Source: a virus (Duplodnaviria > Caudoviricetes). Taken from it: DNA of 28,799 bases. Numbering within the stretch: the stretch's first letter is position 1; every line of letters starts with the position of its first letter. A program made the translations under genes and the position numbers. Of the stretch, positions 9,010 to 17,204 are shown piece after piece. The notes under the pieces are model-generated. The model saw only the letters and a program-made list of their open reading frames with translations. It did no database searches and was not told the origin of the DNA. Where the stretch lies: positions 1 to 28,799 of IMG/VR virus record IMGVR_UViG_3300037202_000055, one strand, 5' to 3'.

Positions 9010-9325
9010 ATTGGGGAAACATCATCCCACGCCGCTCAGGGTGGCCACCCTTCGTTCTCGTGAGTTAAACACTGCGTTTTCTAGGACACGAGCGGGGTAA
9101 GGGCTGATTAGACCCGTCCAGAACTCGCCATTCTCAGAAATCACTCCGATCCACAATGCAATATTAAATTAGCGTAAGATCCGCCGCTTGTCCCCGTCGA
9201 GACGACGCGCGGGCGTCGTGGGCGGTAATTATTAGCGCTCCGGCCTAACGGCTGGCGTGCGGATCCGCTTTTACAATGCGGGCGGCAGGCGCTCGGAGCT
9301 AGACGGCCAACGTCCTGGTTTAAGG

Positions 9326-9505
9326 CTAACGCCGGGTTTGAGACGTGCCGTCTGTCTGAATTGGAACGTAGAGTTTGCAGCGCTTATACGATCGGACAAC
9401 AACCGCGGCTTTTTGGTAAGCCCGCTGATAGGTTGGATTTCCGGCCCTGTTTTCCAGGTTGAGCGCAACGCTCTCAAGCACGTCGTGAAGATCGGCGCTA
9501 TCCAT
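9326..9505 (-). CDS. Small protein resembling the PolX N-terminal (HHH_8) helices
   Basis: MDSADLHDVLESVALNLENRAGNPTYQRAYQKAAVVVRSY; start uncertain. Confidence 0.55.
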   Translation of the reverse strand: MDSADLHDVLESVALNLENRAGNPTYQRAYQKAAVVVRSYKRCKLYVPIQTDGTSQTRR

Positions 9506-9770
9506 GCTGCACATGACCTTGGTCCGGAATTTTTGGCGCATTTCTAGAAGCTGAGACCCCGCCAATTTTGCGGGTCATCGGCATATCCGGGGGATTTACC
9601 CCGGCGTGAGAAATGCTGCAAGTCCAAGAACGGGTCGAACCGTGGTCCTTGCAAATTCCTGCCACATCGATCGGCGCAACTGCGATGCAAGCGCGAACCG
9701 AACGATACGAGATATGGTTGATTTGTTCTTGGGCGTCTATTAACGAAGTATTCAAACGGCCTCCTTGTGT

Positions 9771-9785
9771 TTAACAAAGTGTTAA
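9771..9785. promoter_or_regulatory. CtrA-type binding box TTAA-N7-TTAA
   Basis: TTAA CAAAGTG TTAA. A one-mismatch copy TTAA CGAAGTA TTCA lies at 9740-9754. Confidence 0.5.
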
Positions 9786-9819
9786 GCATTCGCGGCATGA
9801 TCTGGCAATCATTAGGCGT

Positions 9820-9862
9820 TCAAAGTGGGCGTCTAATTCCTTGAAATGCTCAAAGTGGGCGT
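9820..9862. repeat. 13-bp direct repeat with 30-bp period
   Basis: TCAAAGTGGGCGT at 9820-9832 and 9850-9862. Confidence 0.85.
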
Positions 9863-10273
9863 TTACTTTTCCTCTGCAAAACTCTTGCGCGCGGCGTCTC
9901 TTATTAATCGCAGTGCGACGTCAATGTAGCTGTCATCCGCCCCCGGATCGCGATCAACAATGATGTACCTGTTCCCATCCGCACGCGCGACGATATTCCG
10001 CTCGCATAGAATCTGCAACTTGCGTTGTACCGTAGGACGCGGGATGCCAAGCCAGCGCGAAATTCCTGATGGGTTTTTGGTTTTTCCTTCCGTATGGCCC
10101 ACAAGCACAGCGGCAGCGATTAGTAACATTTCTACCTCGCCTGCGATGGTAGTTATGAATCGCTTGCCTAAGTGCCTTTTTTGCCTGCCAATAGGTCCGG
10201 AATGTGCGGTCTTGATTAGGTCAATTTCAAGCTTTGCGATGATATTGCGCTCGGCTTCTCTATGCAGAGTCAC
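9863..10273 (-). CDS. Winged-helix DNA-binding protein
   Basis: NPSGISRWLGIPRPTVQRKLQILCERNIVAR..GNRYII; GTGA overlap start. Confidence 0.8.
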   Translation of the reverse strand: MTLHREAERNIIAKLEIDLIKTAHSGPIGRQKRHLGKRFITTIAGEVEMLLIAAAVLVGHTEGKTKNPSGISRWLGIPRPTVQRKLQILCERNIVARADGNRYIIVDRDPGADDSYIDVALRLIRDAARKSFAEEK

Positions 10274-10497
10274 ACTGGCTCCTTGTGTTTGAGCGCGCGA
10301 ATCACTTCTATGATTGGCGAGACGATTCCAAAATCACCCAAGAATTTTGCAACACGCAATGCCGCCCGTTCCAGCGCGTCATTCTCTGCGGCTCGGATGG
10401 CGGCTGCGATTTCAGCACGCATTTCGTTTGACTGATCCAAGTCCTCGCATGCACTTCCGGTAATGTTGATTTCCCAAGCCCGCTCTTCCGGTGTCAT
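10270..10497 (-). CDS. Hypothetical protein
   Basis: ATGA-coupled ORF; IAAAIRAAENDALERAA is a common phage helical motif. Confidence 0.7.
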   Translation of the reverse strand: MTPEERAWEINITGSACEDLDQSNEMRAEIAAAIRAAENDALERAALRVAKFLGDFGIVSPIIEVIRALKHKEPV

Positions 10498-10673
10498 TGC
10501 GATTCCTGTTCAAGTCGCTCAAGTTCCTCAACCTCTTCTTGGGTGAACTTCACGTCTGATCGGTGGGTATTAAAAAAATCGATAAAGGTAACATCTTCAG
10601 CCTGTCCGACGTGGCAGATATAGCGGCGTAGGAGATCCCGGTAATCGATCTTGGACGGGCTGGTCGGTGTCAT
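10494..10673 (-). CDS. Hypothetical protein, 59 aa (not in ORF track)
   Basis: MTPTSPSKIDYRDLLRRYICHVGQAEDVTFIDF...EQESQ; ATGA overlaps at both ends. Confidence 0.75.
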   Translation of the reverse strand: MTPTSPSKIDYRDLLRRYICHVGQAEDVTFIDFFNTHRSDVKFTQEEVEELERLEQESQ

Positions 10674-10900
10674 TGCTTGATCTCTAGCGCATAGGTTTGC
10701 AGAAGCGATTCCTTCTCTTTGGTGTCACCATATTTAACAAATTCGGTCTCTGTGAATCTCTCAATGCCTTGATGCTGCGTCGTTCGTACAGTCGATCGAA
10801 CGTCAAATAACGCCACGCGCGAAGATTCCCACGTCAATCGGATTTGACCGGATCCGTCCTTCGACGGCAACACCTCAACCCCAACCAAAAACCTGCTCAT
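10670..10900 (-). CDS. Hypothetical protein
   Basis: ATGA overlaps at both ends. Confidence 0.7.
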   Translation of the reverse strand: MSRFLVGVEVLPSKDGSGQIRLTWESSRVALFDVRSTVRTTQHQGIERFTETEFVKYGDTKEKESLLQTYALEIKQ

Positions 10901-11124
10901 GCTGCTACCACCTTATCAGCCGGAGCAAATTCTTTGGCTTGCGTGAAGCCGTGGTTTACGGCATTCAGCGCCTCTTCCTTTTCCCACCCAACAATTGCCG
11001 GACCACGATTTCCCAAACTGCAAAGCGTGGCCTCTTGTCCGCATCGGAAACCGGCTGCAAAGGCGAGAGCGCGTTGCGATTCTATTAGTTGCCGATGGGC
11101 GTCGCGTTTCCTGAAAAAGAACAT
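10897..11124 (-). CDS. Hypothetical protein
   Basis: SD GGGAG upstream; ends PADKVVAA. Confidence 0.7.
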   Translation of the reverse strand: MFFFRKRDAHRQLIESQRALAFAAGFRCGQEATLCSLGNRGPAIVGWEKEEALNAVNHGFTQAKEFAPADKVVAA

Positions 11125-11134
11125 TGATTTCTCC

Positions 11135-11725
11135 CTAAGCTGCTACCACCATGTCAGCCGGTAGGCTCGTCCGGATCATCCCCAATAATATCTCAATTCT
11201 ACCCTTGCTGTCGATTTTGTTGATAGTCGCAATGAGGCCAGCATAGGCGCCGCCATCTTGGTCTACGCGTACCTTGTCGCCGCGTTTCCACGCCGAGCCG
11301 CGGCGCCCTCCAACCTCCTTGAGCCATATCTGATGCTCCTGCAATTGGCGTTTGAATACGGCCAGCACGGCGATATGCGGCAGTTGAACTGGATTTCCCA
11401 ATACATCTCGCATGAAGGCGCGAACGCCGCGGATTTCTTCGATCTCGCCGTAGTCGCCAATTCCAATCGTTCTGAGGAAACCATAACCTGGGAACATCGG
11501 TTTTGCGATCACTCTCGTTATCTTATGACCATTTTTTCCGATGCGTCCGGTCTTGATGCGTTTTCGGATCACCGGAACGAACATCTCTAATCCCAATTTG
11601 TGCAGGCGCCAGACCGTCATCAGATCCTGCTGTGGTTCGGTCAACATCACGAACCACGGCGATTCCATTGGAGACGGAACGGGCTTTGGCTCGATGAGCG
11701 CCTCGCCTAGATTAGATGCTCGCAT
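11135..11725 (-). CDS. NusG/RfaH-family transcription antiterminator (NGN + KOW)
   Basis: WFVMLTEP, PMFPGYGF, IRGV and KOW GDKVRV..GAYAGLIATI. Start placed at ATG 11725 (SD GGGAG). Confidence 0.92.
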   Translation of the reverse strand: MRASNLGEALIEPKPVPSPMESPWFVMLTEPQQDLMTVWRLHKLGLEMFVPVIRKRIKTGRIGKNGHKITRVIAKPMFPGYGFLRTIGIGDYGEIEEIRGVRAFMRDVLGNPVQLPHIAVLAVFKRQLQEHQIWLKEVGGRRGSAWKRGDKVRVDQDGGAYAGLIATINKIDSKGRIEILLGMIRTSLPADMVVAA

Positions 11726-12020
11726 TCTTTTCTCCCTTGTATTCGTGCAGTTCACCGAGAGATAACGGCGGCAGCGCATCCCAGAGTCTAACTTCCTCGG
11801 TGTTCATTATCTGGGCGAGCACACGATTCCGTTTCGTGTTTGGCCGAAGCGGCCTAGACAATCCAATGGGTGCCACTAGGATTGCGTGACAGCCGACAAC
11901 ATCTGATATCGCAACGCCGCTGATACCTGTATTTGGCGCAGTCTGCGCTATAGCCGCAACGGGCATAACGGTCACTAGGGGCGCGATGCCGATGAATTGT
12001 AATAACGATCTGCGGTTCAT
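11712..12020 (-). CDS. Small protein with twin-arginine (Tat)-like signal
   Basis: MNRRSLL, hydrophobic stretch, then AIA. Confidence 0.65.
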   Translation of the reverse strand: MNRRSLLQFIGIAPLVTVMPVAAIAQTAPNTGISGVAISDVVGCHAILVAPIGLSRPLRPNTKRNRVLAQIMNTEEVRLWDALPPLSLGELHEYKGEKNASI

Positions 12021-12021
12021 T

Positions 12022-12201
12022 TCACTTCTCGACGATGTTAATTTTTGTGCATTTTATAAACTGTTGTTTGATATAGTGATCTCCAAGATCATCAGGTTCT
12101 AATCCAATATCGCAAAACACACAGCCGCAACTCGGCGTGTGCGCAATTTTAACGACATCGTTGAGTCCAGCCGCAATCTTGTTAAATACTCTCTTGTTCA
12201 T
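12022..12201 (-). CDS. Hypothetical protein, 59 aa (not in ORF track)
   Basis: MNKRVFNKIAAGLNDVVKIAHTPSCGCVFCDIGLEP...NIVEK; ATGA overlap. Confidence 0.7.
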   Translation of the reverse strand: MNKRVFNKIAAGLNDVVKIAHTPSCGCVFCDIGLEPDDLGDHYIKQQFIKCTKINIVEK

Positions 12202-12509
12202 GCTGCGGCCTTCGCTTGAATGCCATTATTCATTATAAGGCGCTGTAGCGCGGCTATGTCGTTTGATTGGATGTTGTTGTGTGCGCCGTAGTTTTCGACA
12301 TCAGTTATAAGTTCGTTCTTTTCGAGAGGGGTCAATCCAATCCAATGCGAGTAGTAGCATTGTTTGGCGAATGCATAAGGGATCGATCTCGCCAACCTCT
12401 TGCGGCGAAGATCACGCATGTAGTCTGCGTGTGCCTCAGTCTCTTCCTCGCTAGGCGTCTGCACCCAAACAACCAATCGGCGCAGGTATTTGTGGATCAA
12501 TTTAAACAT
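12198..12509 (-). CDS. Hypothetical protein
   Basis: SD GGAG upstream; in operon. Confidence 0.7.
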   Translation of the reverse strand: MFKLIHKYLRRLVVWVQTPSEEETEAHADYMRDLRRKRLARSIPYAFAKQCYYSHWIGLTPLEKNELITDVENYGAHNNIQSNDIAALQRLIMNNGIQAKAAA

Positions 12510-12536
12510 TTCATTGCTCCGTTGATTTGCGATGTA

Positions 12537-12731
12537 CTAATGCCCAAGGATACGCGGGGCTTTCAATCTATGGTTCAGCGCGGCGGTGGCGTCGCCGTCC
12601 GCTCGGCTCAATTCCTCATCAAATTTCCGCAACATCTCGGTTTTTGACATTTCGCCATCAGACACTTCGCCATCAGACAATATGTCGAGCATCAATCTTT
12701 CCTCTGGCGTCAAATCGTTAAGCGCAACCAT
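12537..12731 (-). CDS. Hypothetical protein
   Basis: ATG 12731 (MVALNDLTPEE...) with AGGA upstream. Confidence 0.6.
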   Translation of the reverse strand: MVALNDLTPEERLMLDILSDGEVSDGEMSKTEMLRKFDEELSRADGDATAALNHRLKAPRILGH

Positions 12732-12783
12732 CTCGATCTTCCTTCTGCACGGCCCAAGGATACGCGGGGCGCGCCAAAAAGTC

Positions 12784-14370
12784 CTATTGATCGCCAACCG
12801 CCACCAATTCAATTCCTGCCGCGAAAGCGTCGGCGGTGGCGGCGGACGTAAATCCTGACGACGACAGGATCAGGGCGATTGGTTCAATACCGTGCTTGGC
12901 TTCGAATGTGGATCGCGTTCCAATCATTTCCCTGACGACGGACGGACCTACTTTGGCGGTCCAGTGCTTGGCTTGCCCAATGGCAAACTTTCCGTTCGAA
13001 TTATTGACGGCTAGAATGTCAATCCCGCCATCGCCGACCTTGTCAATAATCTCGTAGCCGCGCCCCTCCATCAGTTTTTCGCAAAGTCTTTCAAACTGGA
13101 ACCAATTTAAGCCATCTAAAAGCATAACTTGCTTGCTTAATTCGATGACATCAAACAATGAGCGCGATGCAGTGCGGCTTCTATATCGCACCAATCCGCC
13201 GTCCGTCGCCTTTCCTGCGATGTGCGCACGGACCCATGTCTTTCCAGATGGAAATTCCGTAATACCGTGCAGCGTCGCTATCGCTTTTTGTTTTGCCGAC
13301 GCGGAATGACCATCGCCTAATACCCTAAAATGAGATCGGATAAAATGCGGCGACACACTCCATATTTTGGTATCCGGATTCGCGGCGGCCGTCACCTTTT
13401 CGCGGTTGTATTTGCAGCGCGGCAGATAAATTATTTTATCGATCTTCTTCCCGTCGCGGCCGGTATGTCTTCTCACGCGCGGAGCACCAAGTCTGAACGC
13501 GTTTTCGCGGTTCTCCACGACCCAAAAATCCCTTAAGATCGCGGCGCTTAAGAAATAAATGGCGCTAAATTCGTCTTCGTCAAAATTTGATATCCACTGC
13601 ACGGAGCGCTGCTCACGTACCGAAAGTTCGAAATAACTTCTAGTCATAGGATCTTGGACAGAAAATCTATTTCTGATGGCATCAAGACCGTCCGTAATGA
13701 TTTCCCACTTAAACTTTTCCTGCGATACCTTAACCCGACATATCAGCCGGGCGTTGCCATCGGCATCTCGCCAAGAGAAATAAACGGTGTCTCGACGCTC
13801 GGAAACTTCAACGCCGGCAAAATCTCCTATTGAGAATTCAACCACGGCACCATCAGGAACGGTCGATTGCCTCGCGGCAACACCCTCCGTTAATAACATC
13901 TCCGCCAACCGATCGTGGCTGATCCTTTTGGCAATGGGTAAGGTGACGGAGAAATCGGGAGGATTGTCCCATTTCATGCCGACTTCACGACAGAACGACG
14001 CGGCTTCGGCGTCGTTGTCTATATCAATCAGATTCCAATCAGCCGGTAGAGAGAATGCAGCATGCCCGCTTGGAGTATCTTTGGCATGACCGAATAGAGG
14101 ACATTGGCGATCAAGGATGGAATTTTTTCTCAATTCGTTGCGTTCTTGGTCAATTTTTTCACGCTCCATCCGCAAATGATGACATCTGATGCGCGGGTCA
14201 ATTTCCTCTTTTCCATCTTTTTTTCTATTGAGATATTTTAGCTTTTCCCAATCGGTGATCCCAGGCGCCGAATCGAAAAGCTCCAGCGCGCGACGCTCGA
14301 TTTCAGGACTGGTCCACGGATCTCCTGGCTTATATGGAGCGACGCCGTCGCCTAGATTAGATGCTCGCAT
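12784..14370 (-). CDS. Multidomain protein with C-terminal Mrr-type restriction endonuclease domain
   Basis: FERLC..L....GY...DGGIDI...GQAKHW..KVG..VVRE is the Mrr PD-QxK signature. Central PHFIRSHFR...TWVRAH motif. Confidence 0.88.
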   Translation of the reverse strand: MRASNLGDGVAPYKPGDPWTSPEIERRALELFDSAPGITDWEKLKYLNRKKDGKEEIDPRIRCHHLRMEREKIDQERNELRKNSILDRQCPLFGHAKDTPSGHAAFSLPADWNLIDIDNDAEAASFCREVGMKWDNPPDFSVTLPIAKRISHDRLAEMLLTEGVAARQSTVPDGAVVEFSIGDFAGVEVSERRDTVYFSWRDADGNARLICRVKVSQEKFKWEIITDGLDAIRNRFSVQDPMTRSYFELSVREQRSVQWISNFDEDEFSAIYFLSAAILRDFWVVENRENAFRLGAPRVRRHTGRDGKKIDKIIYLPRCKYNREKVTAAANPDTKIWSVSPHFIRSHFRVLGDGHSASAKQKAIATLHGITEFPSGKTWVRAHIAGKATDGGLVRYRSRTASRSLFDVIELSKQVMLLDGLNWFQFERLCEKLMEGRGYEIIDKVGDGGIDILAVNNSNGKFAIGQAKHWTAKVGPSVVREMIGTRSTFEAKHGIEPIALILSSSGFTSAATADAFAAGIELVAVGDQ

Positions 14371-14653
14371 TTTTTCCTACCTTATCTTCGTGAAACTCAT
14401 CGCATAATGGCCGATCCGCAAACATCCACTCACGACACGCGATTGGATCGAGATAGGTCTTGGTGAGAGAAAACCGCCGCCGACCAGCAGAGGACGACGA
14501 TTCAATATATTTTTCGAAGCTACTTGCAAGACCCGCGCGCCATTCATCGCTGATACGCTTAAGTTCGGCTAATGTTGGCCGGGTCTTGGTCACTGCGGCG
14601 CCCCCAAGAAATGGAACGGATGCCAAAAACCCGAAAAACAATCTGCGGTTCAT
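14357..14653 (-). CDS. Small protein with twin-arginine-like N-terminus
   Basis: MNRRLFFGFLASVPFLGGAA; start placed at ATG 14653. Confidence 0.6.
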   Translation of the reverse strand: MNRRLFFGFLASVPFLGGAAVTKTRPTLAELKRISDEWRAGLASSFEKYIESSSSAGRRRFSLTKTYLDPIACREWMFADRPLCDEFHEDKVGKNASI

Positions 14654-14654
14654 T

Positions 14655-14885
14655 TCACTTCTCGACGATCTTGATGCCGTTTTCATCTAGCCATTGTTGC
14701 AACATGCAATCCATCACGCGGAACTGTAATGCCAATTTAGTCAAGCCGACCTGAGCCGCAGTCGGAGGCGCATCAACCTTGAGTATTCCGACTGCGACGG
14801 CCCAATCAGTCAAATCCTCCCCTAAGCAAGACGTGCCTCGATCTTCCATTTTTCCGAATAACTCAACTGCCTCGTCACGAGTCAT
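14655..14885 (-). CDS. Hypothetical protein
   Basis: ATGA-coupled; ends IKIVEK. Confidence 0.7.
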   Translation of the reverse strand: MTRDEAVELFGKMEDRGTSCLGEDLTDWAVAVGILKVDAPPTAAQVGLTKLALQFRVMDCMLQQWLDENGIKIVEK

Positions 14886-14974
14886 GATGCATCCATTCGC
14901 AAAAAGATTCCAAGACTAGCCAACGCGATAAGAAATAACTCAACCGATATTACCGCAAATTGAAAATCACTCAT
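14882..14974 (-). CDS. 30-aa single-pass membrane peptide (not in ORF track)
   Basis: MSDFQFAVISVELFLIALASLGIFLRMDAS; ATGA overlaps at both ends. Confidence 0.65.
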   Translation of the reverse strand: MSDFQFAVISVELFLIALASLGIFLRMDAS

Positions 14975-15321
14975 GCTGCATCCTCCGTAGATTGAGGGGC
15001 TGCAACCTCGAACGATCCGATAAATTTCTTTTCTCGGACCATCTTCGCGCTCTCGGTAATGCGGACAAGATAATCAGCGCGCGGCGTCATCTCATCGAGC
15101 CTCGTTGCGGGTAGTGTTGGGCCTTCGCACAGAGCATCGAATTCGCCAAAATTCGCATCGCCGCGGCGGCGCACGTCTATAATGCGATGGTCGGGTGGAA
15201 AATTAAGTAATTCCGCAAGCAGACCCATACTGACCCGGATGATTCCGACGCGCTGATCCGCATCACTCTCGGATGTAATACAGTCCTCATTTTTCCGATC
15301 GAACTTCACGGATATGCTCAT
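14971..15321 (-). CDS. Hypothetical protein
   Basis: Start placed at the ATGA overlap at 15321 (MSISVKFD...). Confidence 0.7.
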   Translation of the reverse strand: MSISVKFDRKNEDCITSESDADQRVGIIRVSMGLLAELLNFPPDHRIIDVRRRGDANFGEFDALCEGPTLPATRLDEMTPRADYLVRITESAKMVREKKFIGSFEVAAPQSTEDAA

Positions 15322-16289
15322 GCTGCATTTTCCGATTCTGGTGGCGCGATACGTTCGCCGGTTGCTTCGTCGTAGCCTGGCGGGAAAAGTGTTTTGCAGC
15401 GCGCCGCCACGGCTTCGGCGCCGTTGACGATGTGCTTGCTGAAGAACAACCATCGCAATCCGCGATCGCGATTGTAGGCATCCCAACAGACCGCCTCGGT
15501 CGTTCCTTGGATTACCAAAACATAGGGTTCTTGCGATGCCGCTACAGGCTCCGGCGTTGGCTTCCAATCCGGATCCTTCTTGCGTTTGAAATCCAACCAG
15601 CGGTCGCACCAAACCTTGAAACTCATGTCTGGATTGAAGCTAACGGCACGGGTTTCGAGGCTCCTCGCGATGAATTTACTCAATTCGGATTTTAGGTCCA
15701 CTGCCTTCATTCCTAGTGAAAAAGCGTATTCGATGGCTGGTTCCGATGGTCCGTAATTTATATCGATTGGGGTTGGTTTTTCTTCCCCAACCAATTTTAA
15801 ATCAGAGCGAGCGGGTTTTACTCCCTCTCCTTTTTCAATTCCTATTCCAGATTCCTCCTCCCCTTCACCTCCTCCATCCTCCATCTGCGGAGACTTTTCC
15901 GAACTAGTTCCGGACTGGTGGAGAACCTGTGACGAACCGTCCTGCCTTAGACCGGCGTAGGTGTGTAACTCCTGTGGCATGTGAAAGGTATATTTCGGCT
16001 TTTTTGGCCGTTGATACCGGCAGAAGTTACGAACCAGTCCGTAACTCTTGCCTTCTGATGTGAACTTTTTTACGCAATTGCACGTCGCCATCTCTTCCAT
16101 AAGCGCCGCGATGTCGGCGGGATCGGCCGGCATGAGTCGCATCTTGAATTGCAGCGGCTTCCACTCGAATATTCCATGGTCGTCTGCTTCGGTCCAAATA
16201 CCGATGTAGAGGACGCGCGCCGTCATCGACAACGACACGAATGCCTCGTCGGTAAATAATCCGGGATGGACACTGCGAATTCTAGCCAT
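15318..16289 (-). CDS. Phage replication initiator / replisome organizer-like protein
   Basis: MARIRSVHPGLFTDE...ARVLYIGIWTEADDHG...NFCRYQRP N-terminal domain, low-complexity linker and C-terminal domain. Confidence 0.78.
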   Translation of the reverse strand: MARIRSVHPGLFTDEAFVSLSMTARVLYIGIWTEADDHGIFEWKPLQFKMRLMPADPADIAALMEEMATCNCVKKFTSEGKSYGLVRNFCRYQRPKKPKYTFHMPQELHTYAGLRQDGSSQVLHQSGTSSEKSPQMEDGGGEGEEESGIGIEKGEGVKPARSDLKLVGEEKPTPIDINYGPSEPAIEYAFSLGMKAVDLKSELSKFIARSLETRAVSFNPDMSFKVWCDRWLDFKRKKDPDWKPTPEPVAASQEPYVLVIQGTTEAVCWDAYNRDRGLRWLFFSKHIVNGAEAVAARCKTLFPPGYDEATGERIAPPESENAA

Positions 16290-16297
16290 TGTAGCCT

Positions 16298-16744
16298 TTA
16301 TGCGATTGCTCTGACGTTGGAATTTTCCGAATAATAGTGGCGCCACGCCTTAAGAACGCGACCCACCCGCTCGTATTCCGGGATCATGGTATTCTGCACT
16401 ATCTCGTCGAAATCGGGGTGTGGCGGCGGGACCGGGGCTTGGGCCTGAAGATGCACCCGAAGAACGCGACATGACTCGGCCATGGCGTAAAGTGGATCTA
16501 AGTCAAACCATTCTCCGGCCATGCGCTTATCTGCGAAGTGTTTATGCAGTAGCGACTCCCAAACCCGCGCTATCCACCTCTCGGGGACGCGAAATTCCGC
16601 CAGCGTTATTACTGGCTTTGGGGATGTGGTTTGGATGGCCTTCTCGCGCTTCGCCAGATTGCCCGTAAACCCGATTTTAACAGGACCAAGAGGCTCAGCG
16701 TCGCGGCCATTGAAGCACATGAGATAAACTTGCCAGCCCATCAC
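16298..16744 (-). CDS. GIY-YIG superfamily (T5orf172/MUG113-like) protein
   Basis: VYLM...VKIGFT....R...IQT..P...E..LHKHF...R..GEWF. Confidence 0.88.
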   Translation of the reverse strand: MMGWQVYLMCFNGRDAEPLGPVKIGFTGNLAKREKAIQTTSPKPVITLAEFRVPERWIARVWESLLHKHFADKRMAGEWFDLDPLYAMAESCRVLRVHLQAQAPVPPPHPDFDEIVQNTMIPEYERVGRVLKAWRHYYSENSNVRAIA

Positions 16745-17025
16745 AGCATGCCCATGGCGGCTTGGTATGTCTCCAGGATAGCCTCCTGCTCCGCCCGCTC
16801 GTTGGCGTCCTGCTTGCGCATCCGGACGATCGTTCGCAACGCTTTCACGTCGAATCCATTCCCCTTCGCCTCCGCGTAAATGTCGCGGACGTCGTCGCTG
16901 ATCGTTTTGCGCTCTTCCTCCAGCCGTTCGATCCGCTCAATGATCGCCTTGAGTTGATCCTTTGCGAATGATGTTGCCGGCGCTTCCGGCTCGACTCCGG
17001 TGTTGCTTCCGTGTTGGGGGGTCAT
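16741..17025 (-). CDS. gapR: GapR/DUF2312-family nucleoid-associated protein
   Basis: [49 protein letters not shown]; start at the ATGA overlap at 17025. Confidence 0.93.
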   Translation of the reverse strand: MTPQHGSNTGVEPEAPATSFAKDQLKAIIERIERLEEERKTISDDVRDIYAEAKGNGFDVKALRTIVRMRKQDANERAEQEAILETYQAAMGML

Positions 17026-17204
17026 GGCTTTGCTTGCTCCCATCGTATAAGCGCATTCGTAAGTTCGTCGGCCTTGCGGACCGCCGCCGCAAGTTCCGCC
17101 TTGAGGCGCGATATTTCCTCTTTTGCCTTGCGAAGGTCGTCGTCGTATCGACTGCCTTTGTCTTCGAGTTGTTTTTCGGCGAATGTTTTTCCATAAAAGA
17201 TCAT
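17022..17204 (-). CDS. Hypothetical coiled-coil protein
   Basis: SD AAGGAG; ATGA overlaps. Confidence 0.7.
   Translation of the reverse strand: MIFYGKTFAEKQLEDKGSRYDDDLRKAKEEISRLKAELAAAVRKADELTNALIRWEQAKP

Noticed and set aside
9629-9645. tRNA, from GGTTCGAC on the minus strand
   Set aside because: The stem closes a 6-nt loop, and no acceptor, D or anticodon arms can be built around it.
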